IMG/VR virus record: IMGVR_UViG_3300044695_006401
Strand: one strand, 5' to 3'
DNA from: a virus
Taxonomy: Duplodnaviria; Caudoviricetes
Length of the DNA stretch: 64,000 bases
The position numbers and the translations under genes were made by a program. This document shows, in pieces, positions 1 through 8,883 of this stretch. Numbering within the stretch: position 1 is the first letter of the stretch; every line of letters begins with the position of its first letter. Below the pieces are notes generated by a model. It was not told the origin of the DNA. It made no database searches and was given only the letters and a program-made list of their open reading frames with translations.

Positions 1-90
1 TATGGATTTCATTTCTTTTGAATCTACCGTACCATAGTAACATTTAGCATCATCAAAAACATTTAATTTCGATGTTTTTCCTTTTTTCAT
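1..90 (-). CDS. hypothetical protein, 5' part (runs off window start): MKKGKTSKLNVFDDAKCYYGTVDSKEMKSI...
   Basis: ATG at 90, open for 30 codons to position 1; AT-rich upstream region divergent from bS21. Confidence 0.55.
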   Translation of the reverse strand, partial: MKKGKTSKLNVFDDAKCYYGTVDSKEMKSI

Positions 91-170
91 TCTTCATAAC
101 TTAAAGTTTATTTGTTTTATACAATTATAATAAAAATAAACATCGTTGTCAAAAATCGAAAAATCTTGTA

Positions 171-177
171 TATTTAT
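171..177 (+). promoter_or_regulatory. TATTTAT motif upstream of bS21 (recurrent putative phage late promoter element)
   Basis: Same 7-mer sits upstream of about 20 starts in the window on the coding strand (see findings). Confidence 0.55.
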
Positions 178-181
178 ATCA

Positions 182-189
182 AAAGGAGG
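182..189 (+). promoter_or_regulatory. strong Shine-Dalgarno AAAGGAGG of bS21 gene
   Basis: AAAGGAGG at 182-189, 8 nt before ATG 198; complementary to 16S 3' CCUCCUUU. Confidence 0.85.
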
Positions 190-197
190 AAAAAAAT

Positions 198-380
198 ATG
201 ATTATAGTACCAGTAAAAAACCCTAACTCTATTGAGCAAGCACTTAAACAATATAAATTTAAAGTGTATAAAACAAAACAAATCGAAAGGTTGAGGGAAT
301 TACAGGAGTTTACGAAACCTTCAGTTTCAAAAAGAGACCAGAAGAAAAAGGCAGCTTATTTACAAAAAAAGAATAACTAG
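198..380 (+). CDS. rpsU: phage-encoded 30S ribosomal protein bS21, Bacteroidia type
   Basis: 60 aa basic protein: V.VK...SIEQALK.YK.K...LR..QEF.KPSV.KR...KKAAY; Tyr at residue 54. Confidence 0.93.
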   Translation: MIIVPVKNPNSIEQALKQYKFKVYKTKQIERLRELQEFTKPSVSKRDQKKKAAYLQKKNN

Positions 381-617
381 TTATTTGTTGTCACCTTTTT
401 TGTGTGTAAAGAAATCGACTGAAGTCAAACCTAAACACCCAAAGGCCAACAGACCTACAGCATCCACCAAAGTTGATGATGGTTCGTATTTTCCACAACT
501 AAACATAGATATAAATAATCCTACAATTAGGGATAATCCACAAAGAAGACCAATAAACCTTTTAGAGGAAATCCCCCCATTTGCCCCTTCCATCATTGAT
601 TTAAAAAACCTAATCAT
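381..617 (-). CDS. small two-TM membrane protein (holin-like possible)
   Basis: 78 aa, two hydrophobic stretches, basic C-terminus; couples to upstream gene by ATGA overlap. Confidence 0.6.
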   Translation of the reverse strand: MIRFFKSMMEGANGGISSKRFIGLLCGLSLIVGLFISMFSCGKYEPSSTLVDAVGLLAFGCLGLTSVDFFTHKKGDNK

Positions 618-1345
618 AATCCTTGACTTAAACCCCTCAACTTATAAAGATTGAATCTATCATAAGGTGATTCATTAATTTTTTTGATTGTATTTTCTAT
701 TGTTGATTTTAAATCAGATTCTGTCGATTCGTTCAAAGTAGATTTCAAATTAGAAATAACATTTTCTTTAAGTTGGTCCATTTCGGTTTTGATTTCTTCA
801 TCCGACATAGATGACAACTCCTCTATAACTTTTCTTTCTGATTCTGAAATATTTTTTAATTCTAATTTAATATTTTCTTCAGCAACCTTAACCATTGTTG
901 AAATTGGTAAGTTAACGCTTTCTATTATATCTTCTTTCTTTTCTTCTAAAATAATATTAGACTTAATTTTTCTTTTAGATTCTAAAACCGTGGATAGGTC
1001 TTTGATTGATTTCTTATATATCGTATTATCAATATCCTTGTATTCATTAGTATGTTCCAATACAATAGAATCAATCCAATTACTTACCTTTGTAATATGT
1101 TTTGAATTACCTTCAACTAAAATTTGAGAATACTCAACAGTTTCATTTATGTAATCTTCGGCGATAGATTCATTAATACCCTTGTTAGAAGATAAATCAT
1201 CGTAGATATAATATAACTCAGCAATGTCTTTGTTTTCTAAAACCATTGATTTAAATTGTTTCAAAAAAGATTTAAATTCAGGTTTTCCGTATAAACCGAT
1301 AGATGCTTTTTCTATTTTTGTTTTTATAGTGCCAAAAGTGTTCAT
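614..1345 (-). CDS. hypothetical protein (helical, acidic; possible head-associated)
   Basis: 243 aa ORF downstream of portal; TATTTAT 12 nt upstream. Confidence 0.75.
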   Translation of the reverse strand: MNTFGTIKTKIEKASIGLYGKPEFKSFLKQFKSMVLENKDIAELYYIYDDLSSNKGINESIAEDYINETVEYSQILVEGNSKHITKVSNWIDSIVLEHTNEYKDIDNTIYKKSIKDLSTVLESKRKIKSNIILEEKKEDIIESVNLPISTMVKVAEENIKLELKNISESERKVIEELSSMSDEEIKTEMDQLKENVISNLKSTLNESTESDLKSTIENTIKKINESPYDRFNLYKLRGLSQGL

Positions 1346-1364
1346 AGTTTTTATTTAATAAATA

Positions 1365-3185
1365 TTACTTATTCAATAAAGATTTAACTCTTTCATCTAT
1401 TTCAATCAACGAGTTTCTTCCTTTAGATAATTCTATAACATCTGCAGAATTAAATAATGACAAATCTTCCAATATTAAATCTAATCCATCTTTATTAAAA
1501 CTTTCAGGTGTTACCCCTCCAGGTTCAGGTGATGGTGAGCCTTCAGGTGGTGGTGGGGCTCCTCCGCCTAAATCTCCACCTCCCATATCCATATCACCTC
1601 CTTCAGGTGCCGCACCTCCTTCAGGTGTTGCTTCACCATCTTTTTTACCGTAAAGTTGGTCTATAGTATCAAAAAGTCCGGTTTTAGGTATACTCTCAGC
1701 AGTTTTTACAAGTTCTGCAGCCACTGCCCTTTCTACCCTTTGTTGTTGTATATCTAATCTTATTTCTTCATCTGAGAACCCTAAGATATGTTTTTTAGCC
1801 CAAGACGCTGAAACAGGGGCTACTGTGTCTGCGATAGGTGTAACTGCATCTTTATACAGAAGTATTTTTTCCTTCCATAGTTCGATTGAAAGTAATTCAG
1901 ATTGTTTAGATGGATTGTGTAAACCTAATGTGAAGTTTGTTAATTCGTCTTCAAAACCTAATAAAAAAAGATGAATAATTGCAATTTTATTTAATTCTGC
2001 AATCATAGACTTTTGAATTCTATTGATAGTTCTCGCAAAACGAATATCTAATAATGATAAATTTTTACCATCACCTACCGCCTCTTCGAATCCTAAATAA
2101 GCCTTAGGTATTCTAAGAGCTGTAACTAATTTCTTTTGAATATACTCAATGTCTGCGATTTCAGCTAAGTTCGTACCACCTGGTAATGTTTCAATAGGGT
2201 TGGTTGCTGCCGGATCACGAACAGGAATGAAATAATCTTGGTCTACCGCCATTTGATTATACCTCATATCGACATTACCTGTTGAGTGATCAACAATTTG
2301 ATCTCTTTTAAATTTATTAGCAACTCTTTGTACATATGGGTCAACATCTTTGTCGTCCATGTTACCGACAAATACTTTAAATACTCTTCTTTCAGGTGCT
2401 CTAGATACACGATAGATTAACATCGCATCTTCAGAAAGTAATAATTGTTTCCAAATTCTACGAGCCTTTTCGAGCATCGATGTACCATACGGTAGTTTTC
2501 TATCGTCACCTAAAATTCTAAAGTGTGCTACTTCCCAAGTATTGAACTCCATGTTTTTTTCCTTCCAAGTAAACTTCAAAGCGTCGTTTTCCATTTCTTG
2601 TGAGTACTTATCAGGTTGAAACCTCATCCCTTTTTCTAATCTTTCGATTTGAATGTTTGGTAGTTGTTGACATCCAACAATACCATTTTCAGGATCTAAC
2701 TTAAGATATACAAAGTTGTCACCAAACTTACATGTGTTTCTTGTCCACATTGGTAAGTTGGTGTTAATATCCAATTTATTAACAAAAAGATCGATTAATA
2801 CTGATTTTATTCTTTTTGATTCAGAATAAACTTTTAATATAAGTCCATCTTGATCTGGTGTTGTGGATTCTTCAGAATAAATGTCTAATGCCGCAGAAAT
2901 TTCAGGTGTATATTCCATAGATTCATAATCATAGTATGACGCCATTCTTGTTGGTTCATAATATACCGCTTGTTGGTATAAATTATTTTCTACTTTTTGC
3001 CATTGTTGGCCGATATACATTGTCTGCTGAGATTGTAATTTTTCTTTTTCAAACTCAGATTTATCTGTTGTCTTTAATAGCTCCTTTTTATCAAATTTGA
3101 ATACGGGAGATTGTTGGTCAAGGGTTGCATTAGGACCAAAAGTCCTACTCAATCTTTGCCACACCGTTAATTTTTGTTCTGACAT
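1365..3185 (-). CDS. portal protein (T4 gp20-like) with Gly/Pro/acidic C-terminal tail
   Basis: Motifs YR..RAPERRVFKV.VGNM, DYFIPVR, IETLPGG.NL, DIEY.QKKL..AL.IP. Confidence 0.92.
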   Translation of the reverse strand: MSEQKLTVWQRLSRTFGPNATLDQQSPVFKFDKKELLKTTDKSEFEKEKLQSQQTMYIGQQWQKVENNLYQQAVYYEPTRMASYYDYESMEYTPEISAALDIYSEESTTPDQDGLILKVYSESKRIKSVLIDLFVNKLDINTNLPMWTRNTCKFGDNFVYLKLDPENGIVGCQQLPNIQIERLEKGMRFQPDKYSQEMENDALKFTWKEKNMEFNTWEVAHFRILGDDRKLPYGTSMLEKARRIWKQLLLSEDAMLIYRVSRAPERRVFKVFVGNMDDKDVDPYVQRVANKFKRDQIVDHSTGNVDMRYNQMAVDQDYFIPVRDPAATNPIETLPGGTNLAEIADIEYIQKKLVTALRIPKAYLGFEEAVGDGKNLSLLDIRFARTINRIQKSMIAELNKIAIIHLFLLGFEDELTNFTLGLHNPSKQSELLSIELWKEKILLYKDAVTPIADTVAPVSASWAKKHILGFSDEEIRLDIQQQRVERAVAAELVKTAESIPKTGLFDTIDQLYGKKDGEATPEGGAAPEGGDMDMGGGDLGGGAPPPPEGSPSPEPGGVTPESFNKDGLDLILEDLSLFNSADVIELSKGRNSLIEIDERVKSLLNK

Positions 3186-3222
3186 AATTTTTTTCTTAAA
3201 AAATAATATGGTTAGTTATAAA

Positions 3223-4998
3223 CTAAACCCTTTTACCACTGAATAACCATAAATACTTTTCATAATCACTTTTAGTGACCGTGTTTCTCTGATATCCTGT
3301 TTGATCTCTCTGTGATACTGGTAAACTTGGATTAAAACTTGTATACTCTTTATGATAAGTATTACTTTCTACTGACCAAGAATCTAACATTGCCTTTGTT
3401 TGTTCTGTTACTTTTTCTAATTGGGCAAAAGATGTTTCAGCAACATAAATTGCTATTGCAAATGACATTATCAAGTCATCATGTTGTCCTTTTTGGTGAT
3501 CAGGTCTACCGTTTACATAAACGAATGTATTCAATTCATTAAATAACCTTTGTGATCTGACAACAAAATCATACCTTAAAGCTTCCTCAAATGATTGAAT
3601 AATTAGAACTCGTTTTGCGTTAAAATTAATACCAGGAATTTTATCATTAGCCTTTGGGTCCCACTTCCATTTATCTGCAGGGTTTACCCCATCAACATAT
3701 AAATTTTTATATCCAAGTTCTTGTAATTTTCTTGATGTTGACACTCCCATCCCTCCTGTTATATCAGTCACGATAAGGGAACCATACATAGTTCCCCACT
3801 TGAAAGCAATTTCTGCTAAAACATCGGGTGGGATTTTTCCAATATATTCTAAAACTTGTTCTCTTGAGTCAAAATCAATGATTGATATAGTACTAAAATC
3901 TTCACTATCTCCTCTTGATACATCGACACCCATAATATATTTATGACCAACAATAGGTTCTTTCCATTGCCAAAGTGCACCTCCCATAAATTTATTAACA
4001 GGTTCTTGGATGTGGTTTTCTTTTATTTTTTTCATCGTTTCAGGTGGGATAACATTGTCACCCGAACCTAAAAAATTACATTCTAATTCTTGAGAAATTT
4101 TTCTTTTGTCAAACTTTAACTTTTTGGCCATAGCCTCAAACCAAGAACTATACGGTTTGTAACCTTTATTAATTTTTTCCTTTATTTCTTCAAAGTCTCT
4201 ATTAATTACTTTGACTTCAGTATAGTCTAGTATGATTTCAGAATCATTATAATCCGCCCTATTCAACATATAGTGAACAATATCATCACACTTAATTAAT
4301 TTCAGATCCTTAGAATATCTAGGATCTCGAAACCAATACATTTCTGTTATTTTAAAGTCATTCATTCCTTTTATCGCCTGACTGTAAATTGAATAATATA
4401 TTGGATCAAATCCATTTGGTGTTGATATTACTATAACTTTACCTCCTGTAGATAGGGATGCCATACACGCTGACCAGAAATCTTCGTCCGCATTAATATA
4501 TGCTGCCTCATCAAAGATTAAGATCGTAGGTGTATACCCACGCAAAGCATCCTTAGATGTTGCAACTGCCTTTACTTCACATCCGTTAGTTAATTTAAAA
4601 TGTCTTTGTGAATTTTTTTCGTTAGAGAATGTTACACCTAACCAATTTGGCCACTGTTCAACAAAAGCTCTCACTTTATTTGCCATCTCTACAGCGGTGT
4701 CCATTTTATTTGCAATAATCAATATTTTTTCTGGTTTTGATTTTTTAGCAAATACTAACCTTTTAGATGCCCATGCGGATGTAACGGTTGAAACACCGGC
4801 TTGTCGGTATTTAAGTGCGATATTTTCTTCACACTCGTCATAATCTTTAACAAGTGTAACCTGATCATTAAAAAGTTCTAATGGAACATATTTGGACTGT
4901 GTGTTGTCGTAAGTTTGTAAATATGTTTTTAAGGCGTAAGGTGTATCATTTACACACTTAGCATACTCTAATAATATTTGTTCTTTCGATAACGACAT
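3223..4998 (-). CDS. terL: terminase large subunit (T4 gp17-like)
   Basis: Walker A-like KYRQAGVST, Walker B LIFDEAA, coupling motif ISTPNG, nuclease GVDVSRG..D and HDDL. Confidence 0.93.
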   Translation of the reverse strand: MSLSKEQILLEYAKCVNDTPYALKTYLQTYDNTQSKYVPLELFNDQVTLVKDYDECEENIALKYRQAGVSTVTSAWASKRLVFAKKSKPEKILIIANKMDTAVEMANKVRAFVEQWPNWLGVTFSNEKNSQRHFKLTNGCEVKAVATSKDALRGYTPTILIFDEAAYINADEDFWSACMASLSTGGKVIVISTPNGFDPIYYSIYSQAIKGMNDFKITEMYWFRDPRYSKDLKLIKCDDIVHYMLNRADYNDSEIILDYTEVKVINRDFEEIKEKINKGYKPYSSWFEAMAKKLKFDKRKISQELECNFLGSGDNVIPPETMKKIKENHIQEPVNKFMGGALWQWKEPIVGHKYIMGVDVSRGDSEDFSTISIIDFDSREQVLEYIGKIPPDVLAEIAFKWGTMYGSLIVTDITGGMGVSTSRKLQELGYKNLYVDGVNPADKWKWDPKANDKIPGINFNAKRVLIIQSFEEALRYDFVVRSQRLFNELNTFVYVNGRPDHQKGQHDDLIMSFAIAIYVAETSFAQLEKVTEQTKAMLDSWSVESNTYHKEYTSFNPSLPVSQRDQTGYQRNTVTKSDYEKYLWLFSGKRV

Positions 4999-5004
4999 TC
5001 ATTT

Positions 5005-5523
5005 TTAATTTCTTCTACGAATTACATCGAGAAGTTCACCTTTTGTGGTATGTGGAGGTAAATGATTTTGTAATATTCTAAGAATACCCTCTTCAAGATT
5101 TTTAACTTCTTCGTCCGTTTCTTTTTTCTTGGGTAACCCTTTTCTTTTAGTCGATGCAAAGTCTTCTAATTCTTTGTAAGTCATGTCTTTAGCCATTTTC
5201 TTTACTTCTTTAGAAACTTTAGATTTTGCAGTATCTCCTTTTTTCACTGAAAGTGCCAATCCCATTATTTTTTGTTGTTGTTGGGAAACTGACTTCTCCT
5301 TTACTTCAGTCTCCTCTTCTTTAACCTCAACATCAACACCTGAGTCTGTCATTTTTTTAAGATCGACAGTCCCCAACTTATCTGAAGAAACTGTTACCTT
5401 ACCTTTTTGCTCATTTATTCTTTTAAAAAGAACATTTAACTGGTTTTCGTTTAGTTTTTCTAATGTATTCATAGAAAAACCTTCATGTAAAAGTTTAACT
5501 AATTTAGGATTCATGTGTTTCAT
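5005..5523 (-). CDS. hypothetical protein containing DUF3008-like segment
   Basis: SVSQQQQKIMGLALSVKKG...MT.KELEDFASTKRKGLP resembles DUF3008; also RINEQ motif. Confidence 0.65.
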   Translation of the reverse strand: MKHMNPKLVKLLHEGFSMNTLEKLNENQLNVLFKRINEQKGKVTVSSDKLGTVDLKKMTDSGVDVEVKEEETEVKEKSVSQQQQKIMGLALSVKKGDTAKSKVSKEVKKMAKDMTYKELEDFASTKRKGLPKKKETDEEVKNLEEGILRILQNHLPPHTTKGELLDVIRRRN

Positions 5524-5923
5524 CTTTGACTAAATTTTTTTCCCATTTTAATACGACATCTCTTTCGTAAAGTTTGTTTTCTACAGATTCGTCTGTTTCA
5601 CCAAAGTGAAAAACTAATCTTTTATACTTGTTGAATGTAACTGAGTCAGAATCAGATTTTTCCCAAGCTAACCCAATAACACCATCTACTGCATCATATA
5701 CTCCAAAATAATCAGACTGTTGTATCAGTTCTAATTCTATTTCTGAGTTTCTTAAAACCCCAACCTTTTTTATAAATTCTATTTGAGGGGGGAGTGGTTT
5801 TCCACCTGATGGTGTTGCATCCCAATCTTCACCCCACACATCATTAATATCCGAAAATATAAATTCGTAAATGTTATCACCTTTGTAATTAGGTCCTAGC
5901 TCATTTACATAAATCAAATTCAT
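5504..5923 (-). CDS. hypothetical protein
   Basis: 139 aa ORF, overlapping neighbours in operon. Confidence 0.7.
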   Translation of the reverse strand: MNLIYVNELGPNYKGDNIYEFIFSDINDVWGEDWDATPSGGKPLPPQIEFIKKVGVLRNSEIELELIQQSDYFGVYDAVDGVIGLAWEKSDSDSVTFNKYKRLVFHFGETDESVENKLYERDVVLKWEKNLVKDETHES

Positions 5924-7212
5924 ATAATCGATCCTGTTGGTGTTACTTTAATTTGTTTACCTTCTTTAATAAAAACTAAGTTGGACTTATTGGTTTTACC
6001 AATGAATTTGGTTCCTTTATTTTCCTCTATCAATTCCAAACTAACTTTGTATTGAGTGTTGTTTTCACTTAATTTTCTCAAATCCCTCAATGTATCTATT
6101 TTATTAATTTTAGATTTTATAAAATCTTTTTTTGATTTTTTTTCTAAACCTTTTTTTTCATCTTCATTAATAATAAAATAGTTTGATAAAACACTTTCTA
6201 CAGATTCTTTGAAAGTGTATGTTTCTACAGGTTCAGACATTTCAGGTTCCATTCCCATCGGCTCTTCGCCGTCCATCGGTTCTGGCATTTCAGGTTCCAT
6301 TCCCATATCGAAGTCTTCTTCTCCTGACAAGTCAAACTCACCCTCACCTTCAGCACCATATTCATCAGATTCGTCGAATTTAGAAAGTATATCTTCTTTA
6401 TCGTCTTCATCTAAACTATCTAAATCCATTGCAGATATTATAGAATTAATTACATACTTAATATCTTGAGAATCTAGTCCTTGATCTTTATCAAAAGCTC
6501 TAATTTTTTGACTTAATTTACCTGTTAGTCTTTGAATTGATTTCAAACCTGCTGGTCCTTGTGGTTCTTCGTCACCATCGTCTTCTCCACCCATTTCAGG
6601 TTCCATACCCATTGGCTCTTCACCATCTACGGGTTCTTCTCCACCCATTTCCGGTTCCATACCCATTGGTTCTTCTCCACCCATTTCAGGTTCCATACCC
6701 ATTGGTTCTTCTCCACCCATTTCAGATCCCATAGGAGCATCCGCTGGTGGTTCAGGTGATGGGGAAGGCATTGGTGCCGGTTCCATTGCAGGTTCCGGTG
6801 CTGGCATTTCTTCAGATTTAGGTTTAGGAGTTCTTAAAACATATTTTTTTTTTGCCTCTTGTTCACCAATAAGAGGAATTTCAAATTCGTTTCCAGTTAC
6901 CCTGTTGACTTCGGCAGCGACAAGATTAAGTTTTTTCATCGCTTCAGAATATGATCTATAATATTTCCTTTGTTTCATAGGTTCGTTATAGTCCATTTCA
7001 GACTCGTTCAAACCTTTTTTGAGGATGTATCCTGTTTTTTCTTTAACAATACCATAAGTCATACCATCAGCCAAAGTAATAGTATAGTTAGTTGTGGAAA
7101 GTGGATTAGTTTCAGTTTTAGGTGCTTCGTTATAACGAGCAATCTCCATAATTCTTCTTAATTTTTCAACACCTTCTAATTTCTCACTACCAAGAGGTCT
7201 TAAATCTCCCAT
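5920..7212 (-). CDS. acidic Pro/Met/Glu-rich protein, possible prohead core/scaffold
   Basis: 430 aa; long EPMGMEPEMGGE low-complexity linkers between helical blocks; located in head gene block. Confidence 0.7.
   Translation of the reverse strand: MGDLRPLGSEKLEGVEKLRRIMEIARYNEAPKTETNPLSTTNYTITLADGMTYGIVKEKTGYILKKGLNESEMDYNEPMKQRKYYRSYSEAMKKLNLVAAEVNRVTGNEFEIPLIGEQEAKKKYVLRTPKPKSEEMPAPEPAMEPAPMPSPSPEPPADAPMGSEMGGEEPMGMEPEMGGEEPMGMEPEMGGEEPVDGEEPMGMEPEMGGEDDGDEEPQGPAGLKSIQRLTGKLSQKIRAFDKDQGLDSQDIKYVINSIISAMDLDSLDEDDKEDILSKFDESDEYGAEGEGEFDLSGEEDFDMGMEPEMPEPMDGEEPMGMEPEMSEPVETYTFKESVESVLSNYFIINEDEKKGLEKKSKKDFIKSKINKIDTLRDLRKLSENNTQYKVSLELIEENKGTKFIGKTNKSNLVFIKEGKQIKVTPTGSII
6582..6727 (-). repeat. 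36-nt coding tandem repeat (GEEPMGMEPEMG), about 3.5 copies
   Basis: cttctccacccatttcaggttccatacccattgg near-identical at 6582, 6636, 6672, partial 6708. Confidence 0.85.
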
Positions 7213-7226
7213 TTTTATATTTGTTT

Positions 7227-7427
7227 TTAATTGTTTAGTCCATTAAATCCGCCCAAGGCAACTCCATTACATTGTAAAGAAACAACACTCGCCTCATTTT
7301 TAACCGTATCGTTCCATACAGGTTTCGGAGTATTGAAAGTCACAATAGTACCTACTGTAGTTCCAGAAGCCGGAAGATAACCAACTACGGTAGTAGTATA
7401 ATAAGATGTACATGCAGTTGTAGACAT
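7227..7427 (-). CDS. small Thr-rich hypothetical protein
   Basis: 66 aa; TATTTAT motif 14 nt upstream. Confidence 0.6.
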   Translation of the reverse strand: MSTTACTSYYTTTVVGYLPASGTTVGTIVTFNTPKPVWNDTVKNEASVVSLQCNGVALGGFNGLNN

Positions 7428-7472
7428 AGTAATTTTTCTATATAAATATATTGTTAATTGGTAATTTTTACA

Positions 7473-8246
7473 TTATTCAGATTTTTCTTGCTCTAAGGAC
7501 AATTTTTTATCCGATAATGTATTTTTGAAATCTTCTAATTTGGATAAGTACCCATTTCTTCTTAGGTATTTAAACACTAAATTCTCATAAGAAAATTCAC
7601 CCTCTTTTTTAAGTCCGCAAGTTCTATACTTCCTCAACTTTTCTCGATATTTCTTCAAAAGATTCAAACCATCCTCCAAACTTTCATCTTCGGCATTTTC
7701 TATTACACCGTCAATTATTGTTTCCCATTGATCAACCTTGTCCTTTAAGACCTTTTCATCTATTGAAAATTCTTCTTTGTTGGGGTACCTTACCCACCTG
7801 TCACTTAAGATAGAGTAGGACCCCGCACTCTCTTCGGGGTCAGTAGATGCTTGGGCATAAACCTCTACTTCATATCCTTTTATTTTGATATCGTGTTTTG
7901 CGTTGAATACAGTTTTTTTAAGTCTAAAAAGTTCTTTGTATAATTCAACATCTCCATCTAATTTATCTATGTTGTAAATGATGTGTAAGTCGAAATCAGA
8001 AAATTCCGACCAATTATATCCTGTTAATGATCCGATTAAGACTACATCTTCAACATATAAATCAACATCCAAATAATCTATAAAAATATTTGCGATTTTT
8101 AATAAACGATCTCTGATTTCAGATTTAAGTTTTTCTTCTTGTCCCTCAGAATCTCCCATGTATTTTTCTTTTGGGAAATACCAAATTTTTGGGTTTAACT
8201 CATTTTGTAGGTATAAACTATCAATAATTTTTTTATCGGATGCCAT
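7473..8246 (-). CDS. nucleotidyltransferase (Pol-beta superfamily)
   Basis: LIGS...YNW...SDFDLHI (GS...DxD) plus third acidic residue in EVEVY. Confidence 0.8.
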   Translation of the reverse strand: MASDKKIIDSLYLQNELNPKIWYFPKEKYMGDSEGQEEKLKSEIRDRLLKIANIFIDYLDVDLYVEDVVLIGSLTGYNWSEFSDFDLHIIYNIDKLDGDVELYKELFRLKKTVFNAKHDIKIKGYEVEVYAQASTDPEESAGSYSILSDRWVRYPNKEEFSIDEKVLKDKVDQWETIIDGVIENAEDESLEDGLNLLKKYREKLRKYRTCGLKKEGEFSYENLVFKYLRRNGYLSKLEDFKNTLSDKKLSLEQEKSE

Positions 8247-8267
8247 ACATATAAATATGATAAAAAA

Positions 8268-8516
8268 TTAATTATCTAATTTTTTATATTTGAATGTTCT
8301 TGATATTTGAGAATTGAAAAATTTTCCTTGGGATTCTGACAATCTAAATTGAGCAAAGATGTTGTGCGGAACATCTTCATATTCATATCTTAAACCGTTT
8401 TTAAATGTAGTTATTAACTTTTTTGATTCTGTATCATACTCGGTTTTTACCAAGTTAGAAGATTCGATTTCACAAACAATTCTTGTGCCTTCTATGTCAG
8501 TTCTTTTTATTGCCAT
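8268..8516 (-). CDS. KTSC domain protein
   Basis: SSNL....YD....L...F.NG..YEY..VP.......SES.G.FFN..I...F. Confidence 0.88.
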   Translation of the reverse strand: MAIKRTDIEGTRIVCEIESSNLVKTEYDTESKKLITTFKNGLRYEYEDVPHNIFAQFRLSESQGKFFNSQISRTFKYKKLDN

Positions 8517-8811
8517 CTGGTTCTCTTAATGGGGTTATGTCATCTATATGACTAAGTTTATCCATAATATAATAATGAACTTCGTCTCTGTCAACATCAA
8601 AACCATAATCCTTAATTGTTTGAAAAATCTCACGCATTTTTGGTTGGAATTCGGAGTGCAATTTTAATAAGTCTTGGGGGAAGTATCTTGGACTTGCCAA
8701 CTCTTCTTGTGTCCACCCTTCTCTTTGAAATATTTTTCTCATGTCAAAATAATTCTGTTCTAAATCTTTTGTCAATTCCAAAGTATCCACGAATTTTCTC
8801 CAAGCTTTCAT
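8497..8811 (-). CDS. hypothetical protein
   Basis: 104 aa; TATTTAT 4 nt upstream. Confidence 0.65.
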   Translation of the reverse strand: MKAWRKFVDTLELTKDLEQNYFDMRKIFQREGWTQEELASPRYFPQDLLKLHSEFQPKMREIFQTIKDYGFDVDRDEVHYYIMDKLSHIDDITPLREPDGNKKN

Positions 8812-8836
8812 AACTATAAATACTACAGATTGGCAA

Positions 8837-8867
8837 TTGATTATTATTTAACTTATGTTTAATTTTG
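8837..8867 (+). promoter_or_regulatory. Bacteroidota sigma70-type promoter (TTG-N20-TAATTTTG)
   Basis: TTG 8837-39, TAnnTTTG 8860-67, 16 nt before clp ATG. Confidence 0.7.
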
Positions 8868-8883
8868 AGTCAAATTAGAAGTT

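Noticed and set aside
3223-4998. Intein/intron in terminase, portal or Clp ATPase
   Set aside because: Lengths and motif spacing are normal; no intein or homing endonuclease signatures.
5005-5923. Small terminase subunit upstream of terL
   Set aside because: No recognisable TerS motif; position alone is insufficient.
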